This document shows, piece after piece, positions 1 through 7,543 of a stretch of 52,701 bases of DNA. This DNA is from a virus (taxonomy: Duplodnaviria > Caudoviricetes), in IMG/VR virus record IMGVR_UViG_3300042465_005662, positions 1 to 52,701 of that record. One strand, 5' to 3'. How positions within the stretch are numbered: the first letter of the stretch is position 1; each line of letters begins with the position of its first letter. Both the position numbers and the translations under genes were made by a program. The notes beneath the pieces were generated by a model. The model did not search any database. It had not been told where the DNA came from and was given only the letters and a program-made list of their open reading frames with translations.

Positions 1-200
1 ACTTCGGGGCGCATGGTGAAAATGTAATTCTCGCTGGGGTCTTCGCCGTACCGTTCGCGGTACGCGGTGCAGTTTGCGAGATAAAGCTCCGCGGCCAGGC
101 CCCGGGGGTCCAGGCCATCAATGAATGCGGCGGCATGGTTTGCCACGGCCCAGGAAACCAGGGCGTCAATATGGAAATCAGGGACAACAAAACAGCTCAT
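1..200 (-). CDS. hypothetical early protein, 3' end runs off the window (MSCFVVPDFHIDALVSWAVANH...)
   Basis: Open frame from ATG at 200 to the window edge, preceded by the same AGGATAGAGAA RBS as neighbouring early genes; not in the ORF track. Confidence 0.8.
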   Translation of the reverse strand, partial: MSCFVVPDFHIDALVSWAVANHAAAFIDGLDPRGLAAELYLANCTAYRERYGEDPSENYIFTMRPE

Positions 201-249
201 TTCTCTATCCTTTCAGGTTGCCCGGTGCAGGACCCTGCACCAGTGCCGC

Positions 250-259
250 TATTATAGCA
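250..259 (-). promoter_or_regulatory. extended -10 promoter (TGcTATAAT) for the gene starting at 200
   Basis: Minus strand reads gTGcTATAATagcggcac, followed by hairpin GGTGCAG-ggtc-CTGCACC and the RBS. Confidence 0.65.
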
Positions 260-333
260 CGGCCACCACGGCGCGCGGCCAATTGAATTTTTTAATCGAT
301 TCCCCCGGGGCCATAGCCCCGGGGCCCGGGCCA

Positions 334-349
334 TGTTTCACGTGAAACA
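334..349. promoter_or_regulatory. parS: parS centromere-like site TGTTTCACGTGAAACA, inside a perfect 28-bp palindrome at 328-355
   Basis: Exact match to the widely conserved bacterial chromosomal parS consensus, in a non-coding gap. Confidence 0.8.
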
Positions 350-531
350 TGGCCCACGGACCGCGGCGCGCGACCCGCGCGCCGGGTTTCAAGGGGAAAT
401 TCCCACGTTTCAGGCGGCAAGCGGCAGGGGCCGCGGGCCTGGTTTACCCTTGCCGCAACTAACCGGGCAAAACCATGAGTTTTTCGCATGGTTTCACTCG
501 ATAGCCCGGGACTATCGGCCCCGGGTTTCCA

Positions 532-1494
532 TTAGTTAACAGCTAACAGCTCCAGGGCCTTATTTTTAATGGCCGCACCAGTGCCAAACCAGGCGGACTC
601 CATGCGGGTGTTATTGCTCCGGCCCCGTTCATGGTCGACCATTTCGGTAACCGCGTTAAGCATGGCCCAGCGAGTACCGGACACCCCGGGAATGTCCGCG
701 CCGATAGCCTGGCCGTTAAACAATTCCATGATGCGCTTATAACCGCGGGTTTCATTCAATGGCACTTTGCTGGTGTGATAAGGCTGCAGCAGTGCCTGGA
801 CAAATTTATCGGCGGTAGCTTGTGACATTTCGACCAGTGCCAGCTTGCGGGACTGCACCAGGAAGCGCTCCCAGTTATCGGACACTATGCCCAGCTCCAT
901 GCGGACAGCATCAGGATTAAAGCGCTCCGAATGCAGCACTCGAACAGTGCCAGCACTCTCGCGGCCTAATGCGGCGGTAATTGTGTTATTGCAAACCACG
1001 CGAATGCTAGTAAATTTCGCCACTGTAGCCATAGTGCCATCGTATGACGTGCCCAGCAGCACATAAGGCCGCACGGTATCGCCCTCAACGATATCCGCGC
1101 CCTGGTTGACTTTCGCCAGTGCCCAAACCCGGCGACCATGGCTGAGCACTCCGGCGGTTTCCATTTGAAACCCGCCGATATCCACCAGTTTGCCAAAAAA
1201 GCCCATAACGTCAGCTGGTTGCACTACGCGGTACCCGTCAGACACTACGGCCAGTGCCCCGCCTGTATCTGAGCGGTGCAGTACTTTGCGGCCCTTGAAT
1301 TCCTCCGGCAGTGTTGCCGCGTCAGTCTGAAACAGTACGGGCGACTCTTTCACCGTGTAATCTAACCCGGCTTCGCGGGTCCATGTCTCGATTGATGCGT
1401 CAGGCGTCAACGCCTGGCCCAAGCCATGCCAGGGAGTATTGCCAGCGTAAGCCATAGCGGCCTTGCCTGTAGTGGTGTCAATCATATGTGCCAT
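532..1494 (-). CDS. DUF932 / TIGR03299 phage-plasmid family protein
   Basis: MAH...PWHGLG N-terminus, VVSDGYRVVQP, SYDG, IRVVCNNT and GTRWAMLNAVTE motifs; strong RBS. Confidence 0.85.
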   Translation of the reverse strand: MAHMIDTTTGKAAMAYAGNTPWHGLGQALTPDASIETWTREAGLDYTVKESPVLFQTDAATLPEEFKGRKVLHRSDTGGALAVVSDGYRVVQPADVMGFFGKLVDIGGFQMETAGVLSHGRRVWALAKVNQGADIVEGDTVRPYVLLGTSYDGTMATVAKFTSIRVVCNNTITAALGRESAGTVRVLHSERFNPDAVRMELGIVSDNWERFLVQSRKLALVEMSQATADKFVQALLQPYHTSKVPLNETRGYKRIMELFNGQAIGADIPGVSGTRWAMLNAVTEMVDHERGRSNNTRMESAWFGTGAAIKNKALELLAVN

Positions 1495-1537
1495 TTTCTC
1501 TATCCTTTCAGTGTTGCCGGTTTATTCCGGTGATTGA

Positions 1538-1567
1538 ATTATATACCCAAATTAAACAGCTGTGCTA
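1538..1567 (-). promoter_or_regulatory. sigma70-like promoter for the DUF932 gene
   Basis: TAGCAC-18-TATAAT on the minus strand, then CCGG-aataaa-CCGG hairpin and RBS. Confidence 0.55.
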
Positions 1568-1630
1568 ATCCCCAGTAAACAGGTCGACTATTATCCACAG
1601 CAAGATAAATACAGCCAGGGCGAAGAACAT
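1565..1630 (-). CDS. 21-aa hydrophobic peptide MFFALAVFILLWIIVDLFTGD
   Basis: ATG preceded by AAGGGG just after the upstream stop; one TM-like stretch; fills the gap; below the ORF-track cutoff. Confidence 0.55.
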   Translation of the reverse strand: MFFALAVFILLWIIVDLFTGD

Positions 1631-1641
1631 AGTTTTGCCCC

Positions 1642-2331
1642 TTATGCCTGTTTCATCATGAAAACCTTAGCCATTTTCCGGCCATGCGCGGGATAGCAGA
1701 TAAGATCGATTGATTTATCCCAGCATGCCCTACAGCCTGAACATTTGCCCTCATACTCGTATGCCCTGCAAAGTGATGCGCCAGGACGGTCCTGGAAAGT
1801 GTCCGCACCTGGACCGATAACAGATCCATGCAAGCCCGGGATATATTCCCCGGTGATGCTATCGGCCGAAAATCTAACGCTCACGTTGTCCAGGGATTTC
1901 ATCTGTTCCAGGACCTGGCGAAATTTCGGGAATTTATGCATGCGCGTTGGTAGCCAGTGCTTAACCCAGGGCGTGCGCTGCATAACCTCTAGGACCTTTT
2001 CGGCCAATGCCAGGCTAAACAGATCTCCGCTATCAAGCCACCGAAAATACTCGTCTTGCTGCAGTTCCTGCACCATGTTGTCGCACCAGTCCAGGCGGGT
2101 CCAGTCTGTTCGGTTGTATTCCCTGGGGGCTTTCACATTGGCGAAAACATAATTCCCGGTGGTGGCATAGCAGCCCTTACACGCGTCAACCAATACCCCC
2201 GGGGATTCAATCGAACCAGGGCAAGTGTCTAAAGCTTGCAGGGACCAGGACCGGATACCATCTAGTTTTGACGTAACGCTAATGCGCGGCCAGGCTTGAT
2301 CGATAGCGTTGACAAGTGTCGAATTTCTCAT
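1642..2331 (-). CDS. Gp88-like protein, Cys-rich, possibly Fe-S / radical-SAM-like
   Basis: TSKL...SWSL...TCPGS...CKGCYA, FRWLDSGD, HWLPTR and C-terminal C...CSGCRACW motifs. Confidence 0.75.
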   Translation of the reverse strand: MRNSTLVNAIDQAWPRISVTSKLDGIRSWSLQALDTCPGSIESPGVLVDACKGCYATTGNYVFANVKAPREYNRTDWTRLDWCDNMVQELQQDEYFRWLDSGDLFSLALAEKVLEVMQRTPWVKHWLPTRMHKFPKFRQVLEQMKSLDNVSVRFSADSITGEYIPGLHGSVIGPGADTFQDRPGASLCRAYEYEGKCSGCRACWDKSIDLICYPAHGRKMAKVFMMKQA

Positions 2332-2352
2332 TTCTCTATCCTTTATGCCTGA

Positions 2353-2571
2353 TTAAGCTACATCGGTTCCCAGTTTGATCTCGCGTAGCTCCCCTAGTGC
2401 ATCTGTTAGCGTGACTGTGCCGAACACGGGAACATGTTCAAAGCTCATATCTAAGTCACTATCGCGATTTACAGCCGCGGCAAATTTCACAGCTTCATCA
2501 CGGGTTGCAAATCGATAGACCCACACAATACCGTTTTCATCAGTACCAACTGCCAAATCAATCGTGCTCAT
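2353..2571 (-). CDS. hypothetical early protein, 72 aa
   Basis: ORF with the conserved AGGATAGAGAA RBS and its own promoter. Confidence 0.75.
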   Translation of the reverse strand: MSTIDLAVGTDENGIVWVYRFATRDEAVKFAAAVNRDSDLDMSFEHVPVFGTVTLTDALGELREIKLGTDVA

Positions 2572-2613
2572 TTCTCTATCCTCTATGGTTGCCCGGGGTG
2601 TTCCGGTGCCGCT

Positions 2614-2642
2614 ATCATAGCAGCAAATAAACAGCCGTGCAA
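2614..2642 (-). promoter_or_regulatory. sigma70-like promoter TTGCAC-17-TATGAT with extended TG
   Basis: Canonical spacing, A/T tract upstream, CCGG hairpin and RBS downstream. Confidence 0.7.
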
Positions 2643-2643
2643 A

Positions 2644-3066
2644 TTATTTTATCGGTGATTTCCCGGATAAGATATCGGCCAGGGCTTGCCAGTCCATGCC
2701 CCGGTTAGGCCATGCGGCCAGGGGTTCAAGGCGTAGCCCTTGCTCGGCCAGCTCTATTGCCTGTCGGCCATGGTACAAAACAATGCGGCCAGGGCGAACA
2801 ACAGTGCTCACCTGGTGCACCAGCACGTAGCACGGGCGACCCCGGGCGGCATGGCGGGTTAAAAAGGCAATCTGATGGGGGCGAAGCGCGATCTTCAAGC
2901 CACGCGAAACCGCTTTCAGCTCAATCGAAACAAAGCGATCACCCGCGCCCACCAGCATGTCAGACACGCCCAGGTTAACGCGGTTTTCAATCCGTTCGGT
3001 GTCGATGTCAAAGGGGCGAAGCCCGTCACGAACACGGGCGGCAAAGGCGGCTTCAGGCGTTGTCAT
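2644..3066 (-). CDS. PD-(D/E)XK nuclease, Holliday junction resolvase / VRR-NUC-like
   Basis: E...RIEN..GVSDM...IELK...LRPHQIAF motif set; likely start MTTPEAAF at 3066. Confidence 0.75.
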   Translation of the reverse strand: MTTPEAAFAARVRDGLRPFDIDTERIENRVNLGVSDMLVGAGDRFVSIELKAVSRGLKIALRPHQIAFLTRHAARGRPCYVLVHQVSTVVRPGRIVLYHGRQAIELAEQGLRLEPLAAWPNRGMDWQALADILSGKSPIK

Positions 3067-3727
3067 CGTCGGGTCCCAAATCGTTGTCCCGTTCAAAGAT
3101 ATCCGGGGGAGGTTCCGCCACTGGAGAGACAAAAGCCGGGTCCCGTTCACGCTCGACACTTTCGATCACCTGTCCCGTGCTGGCATCAATGAGCGCGCTC
3201 GGGGGCGGTCCGCCGTACAAAGCGCGCAACTCGTCCAGTTTGCGCTGCACTTCCTCTTTGGACATCGAGTCGATTGTTCCATGCCTGATTTCCTTGCGAT
3301 CAACGTAGATTGTGCCCAGGGCTTGCCCACGGCGATATTCTGCCTGCACGGCAGCAGCATAAGCCCCGGCTTCCAGGGCTTTGTCCCGGATAAGCTGCAG
3401 GTCCTTCATGTGCCGCTCGTATGACGTGTTGTATTTGCTGTTCAGCTCTGCCCGGTATGCTTGGATAGCAGAGACCACGTGAGGGTTGATTTCGGGGTTC
3501 GTCAGCTTCCAGGCCATCACTGAGGCGCTTGTGGGCCTGTACCCAGCCCTGATAGCCGCCTCCTTCATGGTCACCCGGCCATCACCCGTCACTAGCTCCG
3601 AAACAAACTTCCATTCCTTGCCAGACAGGATTTTCTGTTTACGCAGCGGGGCCACCTCGGTGGCCATGCGCGACTGAGCCTTGTCCCTGATCACAGGGGG
3701 CACGTTCCAAACATCCCGCTTGGTCAT
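3053..3727 (-). CDS. terminase small subunit
   Basis: N-terminal HTH (KEWKFV...EAAIRAGY...A), helical region, AAVQAE...G.A.G.Y.DR motif; likely start MTKRDVW. Confidence 0.7.
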   Translation of the reverse strand: MTKRDVWNVPPVIRDKAQSRMATEVAPLRKQKILSGKEWKFVSELVTGDGRVTMKEAAIRAGYRPTSASVMAWKLTNPEINPHVVSAIQAYRAELNSKYNTSYERHMKDLQLIRDKALEAGAYAAAVQAEYRRGQALGTIYVDRKEIRHGTIDSMSKEEVQRKLDELRALYGGPPPSALIDASTGQVIESVERERDPAFVSPVAEPPPDIFERDNDLGPDDDNA

Positions 3728-3939
3728 GCAATTCTCCAGAGACGCCAACCGCTCTCGACCCGGCGCAACTGGAACGACCAGTCAGGGGCATGCGACCGGA
3801 CAAACCGCAGCGCAGACACCCGGGCAGAGTTGGCCTGTTTCTCGTCAACAAAGCGGATTGAATCCCCCGGCAGCATGTCGCCAAAGGGGTACTTCGTACG
3901 CCCCATGGGCATCTCAACGCCCGACTCAATCTGAAACAT
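3724..3939 (-). CDS. small putative DNA-binding protein (KYPFGDM.PGDS...RLWR family)
   Basis: Recognisable small phage protein motif; ATGA coupling to terS; start MFQIESG. Confidence 0.65.
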   Translation of the reverse strand: MFQIESGVEMPMGRTKYPFGDMLPGDSIRFVDEKQANSARVSALRFVRSHAPDWSFQLRRVESGWRLWRIA

Positions 3940-4002
3940 CTGTTCGCTCCTGTAAACCATTGAACCAAGTGTACCAGGGGCATCACCAAAGATCAATCAA
4001 GG

Positions 4003-4295
4003 CCCCCTATAGGGGTCTACGTACTATTTCATGAAAAAGTTTTTTCAAAAAGCATCTCGCGGAACTCCCCTGAAAAAACCTCTATTTCCTTACCTCAAAT
4101 CCTTCCCTGTAATGTACTGTCACACTCACAACCCTGATAAACATTGACTCTTACGTCCATTACGTCCATTACGCTATATCTCACGAAAAAAAATAAAAAA
4201 ACACTTCTCTCTGGAAAAAGTCTATATAGCCTTACTCGTACCTTACAAAACCACCAATCCCTACGGGTTTACCCCTACAAAATAAATCACTTTCT
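4003..4295. other. AT-rich non-coding divergence region, candidate replication origin
   Basis: A-tracts, CCCCTATAGGGG palindrome, TTACGTCCA tandem repeat, G-poor plus strand, switch of coding strand. Confidence 0.45.
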
Positions 4296-4299
4296 GTAC

Positions 4300-4329
4300 T
4301 TGTGCTGTACTACCAGCGCCGCTTATAAT
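4300..4329 (+). promoter_or_regulatory. sigma70-like promoter for the rightward accessory operon
   Basis: TTGTGC-18-TATAAT, then CGGGGCA/TGCCCCG hairpin and AAAGGATAG RBS. Confidence 0.6.
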
Positions 4330-4382
4330 TCCAACCGGGGCACGACAAATGCCCCGCTTTTAACCCAAGAAAGGATAGCGCA

Positions 4383-4616
4383 ATGAACAAAGAAAAACTC
4401 GACATGGAGAAGCTCCTGTCACGGTCCACGGACCGCGCACAGCTCCTCTTGCTCCGACTCATGCAAGACCAGGAACCCTTTGAGGCCATCGTGGTCACCA
4501 TGTTGGCAACTGCTGTCATGGCCAAATGCATTGACATGCCCCGGGAGACCCTCCTGGAGGGCGTTGGCGCGGCTTTTGACTCACTTGTGGAGGCTACCCC
4601 CCATGCAACCCACTAA
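4383..4616 (+). CDS. hypothetical protein
   Basis: First ORF after the promoter, AAGGATAG RBS. Confidence 0.75.
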   Translation: MNKEKLDMEKLLSRSTDRAQLLLLRLMQDQEPFEAIVVTMLATAVMAKCIDMPRETLLEGVGAAFDSLVEATPHATH

Positions 4617-4806
4617 ACCCTCCCTGACCCGTCCTACGCCCCCCTACGACACTGGCAAGGTCAAGATTGGCATGTGTTACATCCAAACCCAGCCCTGGTC
4701 CCCGAGCCGCGATGCGTACAACTTGCAAACCGCTTTGTTGTCCCCTGCCCGTGGCCGCGGTCCAGTGTCCATCCGCCTCTTTGCTTTCCTGAAGGGTTTT
4801 GTATGA
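4603..4806 (+). CDS. hypothetical protein (PPYDTGKVKIG motif)
   Basis: GGAGG RBS upstream, coupled to the next gene. Confidence 0.65.
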   Translation: MQPTKPSLTRPTPPYDTGKVKIGMCYIQTQPWSPSRDAYNLQTALLSPARGRGPVSIRLFAFLKGFV

Positions 4807-5132
4807 CCGACCACACAAAAGAAGGCCTGTTGCTTTTTAACTACACATGCGACGAGTTAGGTGTTGATCTGGCTTGTTGGTTTGAATACGAAGCCGCGAG
4901 CCACGGCGCGAGAAGCCGTTTCGGTGAGCAGTTGGAGCCCGACTACCCGGCCACCTGGTCCCTGTACCACGTCTACCTGCCCAACTCTGACGTGGACATC
5001 GCCCCTGTGTTGTCGTCTGACGTGGCCAAGGAGATTGAGAACTGGGTGGCGGACCAGGCCGAAGAGGAGGCTGCTGATCAGGAATGGGATGACGGGTACG
5101 ACAAGTTTCAAGACTGGAAGGATGCGCAATGA
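4803..5132 (+). CDS. hypothetical acidic protein
   Basis: ATGA overlap; start MTDHTKEG. Confidence 0.7.
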   Translation: MTDHTKEGLLLFNYTCDELGVDLACWFEYEAASHGARSRFGEQLEPDYPATWSLYHVYLPNSDVDIAPVLSSDVAKEIENWVADQAEEEAADQEWDDGYDKFQDWKDAQ

Positions 5133-5374
5133 ACGAAGCAATGAAAAAAGCCTGGCTAGAGATTGACCAGATGTTGGGTGAGCCGACCCGCGAGGAGTTG
5201 GACGTGTTCCTGCGCACGTGGCAAAGGGCCATACAAGCGGAGCGCGAGGAGTGCGCGAAGCTCTGCGATGGCTGGGATTTTGTGCCCGGTGGTCACGAGT
5301 TCACCCCGCAGCAGTTGACCAAGAACCTCACCGATACGATTGCAACCCGCATCCGCGCAAGGGGGCAAGCATGA
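5129..5374 (+). CDS. hypothetical protein (EREECA...IRARG motif)
   Basis: ATGA coupling; C-terminal motif shared with 6215-6466. Confidence 0.7.
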   Translation: MNEAMKKAWLEIDQMLGEPTREELDVFLRTWQRAIQAEREECAKLCDGWDFVPGGHEFTPQQLTKNLTDTIATRIRARGQA

Positions 5375-5511
5375 ACGCGATCCTGGAATTCCTCAAGCGT
5401 TGGTTCGGCCCTGTCCCGCCAGCACAGACTGACGAACATTGCCCCTACTGTCACGGCCTTGGCTATGACAGCAGCGGATGGACTTGCACTTGCTTGAGGG
5501 AGAAGAAATGA
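5371..5511 (+). CDS. small Zn-finger-like protein (CPYCHGLG...CTC)
   Basis: ATGA coupling on both sides; CxxC motif. Confidence 0.65.
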   Translation: MNAILEFLKRWFGPVPPAQTDEHCPYCHGLGYDSSGWTCTCLREKK

Positions 5512-6218
5512 CGACGCAATTGGTTCGAGACTCCATGAAGCTGATGTCTGATGCTGGCGTAGATATTGTGGACATCAAGTGGTTCGACCTGACCGGAGCA
5601 TTTTCAGAACATAAACATGCCAACCTTGAGCCTGTGATGACGCATCGCCCACCATTTGACAAATGTTTTGTCACTTGGAGGGGAAAGACTCGCAGCCACC
5701 CAAGCTACGAGGTCTTGATGTTGGTGTCTGGGACAGAGCCAGACGAGGGAATCACGGTGTCAATGTGGAAGGGTCCGAGTGGTACAAGGTTGCGCCCCAT
5801 CCCCGCGATGTTTTACTTCATAGAGGATGACAATATCCGTTATGGCGCAGTCAGTGATGAAGAGCCTGTAGACAAGGAGTTGGCAGAGATCATGCTGGCG
5901 CAGATTGGGGTTTGGTACAGCGCCATGGATGAGCGTATTGAGGCCTACATTCCATCGGTTCGAGATACCTTCACAAATCGACGCAAGGTACAGCAGGGCA
6001 AGCTGCCGACCTACGACTGGACAACGGTTTGGATTGAGCCAGCCAAGCCCCGCCAAGACCCCAAAGGGGGCACACACGCATCACCCCGCCTGCACGACCG
6101 TAGAGGCCACCTGAGGAGGCTCAAAACCGGCAAAAACGTCTGGGTAAAGTCCTGCAAGGTGGGTGACGCAAGCAAGGGAGCAATATTTCACGACTATGCA
6201 ATCAAGGAGCAGAAATGA
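5508..6218 (+). CDS. conserved phage protein with C-terminal HASPRxHxRRGHxR motif
   Basis: ATGA-coupled ORF with a basic His/Arg C-terminal motif common in phages. Confidence 0.8.
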   Translation: MTTQLVRDSMKLMSDAGVDIVDIKWFDLTGAFSEHKHANLEPVMTHRPPFDKCFVTWRGKTRSHPSYEVLMLVSGTEPDEGITVSMWKGPSGTRLRPIPAMFYFIEDDNIRYGAVSDEEPVDKELAEIMLAQIGVWYSAMDERIEAYIPSVRDTFTNRRKVQQGKLPTYDWTTVWIEPAKPRQDPKGGTHASPRLHDRRGHLRRLKTGKNVWVKSCKVGDASKGAIFHDYAIKEQK

Positions 6219-6466
6219 GAGACACGATAGACATGGCCCGTGAGGCTGGCTGGAAAGACCTGCGTGACTATGACTCAGAAATGCGGCATGACTTTTTTAT
6301 GGGCAATACAGATAGCCTTAAAGCCCTTGTTGCCCTTGCCCGTGCTGATGAGCGCGAGGCGTGTGCCGTGATTGCTGAAACGCCAATTAGCGGTGAGCAG
6401 GACGACATCACTATGCAGGCTAAAGACCGAGTTGCCGCTGCCATTCGAGCAAGGGGAAACACATGA
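6215..6466 (+). CDS. hypothetical protein (MAREAG...EREACA...IRARG)
   Basis: ATGA coupling, AAGGAG RBS. Confidence 0.75.
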   Translation: MRDTIDMAREAGWKDLRDYDSEMRHDFFMGNTDSLKALVALARADEREACAVIAETPISGEQDDITMQAKDRVAAAIRARGNT

Positions 6467-6960
6467 TCTACAAAACCTTTGAGCAGTGGAAAAGCGGCAA
6501 CGTGCTGGAGCATGGCATCTCCCGCACCGAGCATTACAGCGAAGACCAACTCGATTTGGTGGAGATGGGCTGGAATTATGGCTACGATGCTGGCCGCGCA
6601 GTGGAGCAAGCCCTCGACAAGAAAGCAGAGAACGCCAAAGAACTGGGGCTGGACTATGAGCCAGCACCTGTGCAGGAGCCTGTATGCGACAAAGACCCGC
6701 AAGGATGTTGGAGTGTGCGATGCCAGCTTGGAAATAAATGCAAGAACACCACCCCACCCGCAGCACAGCGGGAACCCGCACCCGGTTATTGCAAGCACTG
6801 TAAGCAGTACACGATTGAAGAGCCGCTGCCCGCAGCACAGCGGCAATGGGTTGGGCTGACGGATGAGGAGAAGCAGCAAATATTTGAGCGAGAAGACTAT
6901 CAAGGTTGGCTTGACTATATCAACGCCATTGAAGCCAAACTCAAGGAGAAGAACGCATGA
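6463..6960 (+). CDS. mosaic hypothetical protein (APVQEPV / PPAAQR / WVGLT / LKEKN modules)
   Basis: ATGA coupling; short modules shared with neighbours. Confidence 0.75.
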   Translation: MIYKTFEQWKSGNVLEHGISRTEHYSEDQLDLVEMGWNYGYDAGRAVEQALDKKAENAKELGLDYEPAPVQEPVCDKDPQGCWSVRCQLGNKCKNTTPPAAQREPAPGYCKHCKQYTIEEPLPAAQRQWVGLTDEEKQQIFEREDYQGWLDYINAIEAKLKEKNA

Positions 6961-7205
6961 CACCAAAACAAGAAGAAGCGTTGCGGGATTACTTGCGTGA
7001 GGCTGTCGTGCCGCTGATTGAAGATGTGCTGACCAAGAAACTGGGGCAAGCCATGACATTTGCAAAAGAAGAACTTGCACAGCCAGCACCTGTGCCGATT
7101 AAACCAATTGTCGATCCTGACCTCGATGTAAACCAGCGCCTTGCTTTTAAGCTCGGATGGAAGTCAGCAGAGGAAGCCCACGGCATCACGAAAGGCCAGC
7201 CATGA
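6957..7205 (+). CDS. hypothetical protein
   Basis: ATGA coupling, AAGGAG RBS. Confidence 0.7.
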   Translation: MTPKQEEALRDYLREAVVPLIEDVLTKKLGQAMTFAKEELAQPAPVPIKPIVDPDLDVNQRLAFKLGWKSAEEAHGITKGQP

Positions 7206-7543
7206 CACACACAAAAGACGAAGCACAGCCAGCACCTGTACCTGATTGGAAAGACGGATTTATGGAACAACAAGCAGAAACAATACTTTGGCAAGCCAAG
7301 CGCATTGCAGAATTGTTAGATCAACAAGCCGCACAGCCAGAGCAGGGGCCTGTGGCGTGGGCCAAGTTTTTGCATTACCCAGAATGCTGGGATACGGCAG
7401 CATATCCGACTTTGCATGACGCAATTCACGAAGCATTGGCGTGGGCTGGTTGCAGTGTTTGCACCCCACCCGCAGCACAGCGCACATGGGTTGGGCTATG
7501 TGCTGAATGGGCAAACGACGAACTCAAGGAGAAAAACGCATGA
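7202..7543 (+). CDS. mosaic hypothetical protein (AQPAPV / PPAAQR / WVGL / LKEKN modules)
   Basis: ATGA coupling; start MTHTKDE. Confidence 0.7.
   Translation: MTHTKDEAQPAPVPDWKDGFMEQQAETILWQAKRIAELLDQQAAQPEQGPVAWAKFLHYPECWDTAAYPTLHDAIHEALAWAGCSVCTPPAAQRTWVGLCAEWANDELKEKNA

Noticed and set aside
121-539. Short ORFs (121-345, 292-489, 333-539) across the palindromic gap
   Set aside because: No RBS, low-complexity translations; the region is better explained as promoter, parS and hairpins
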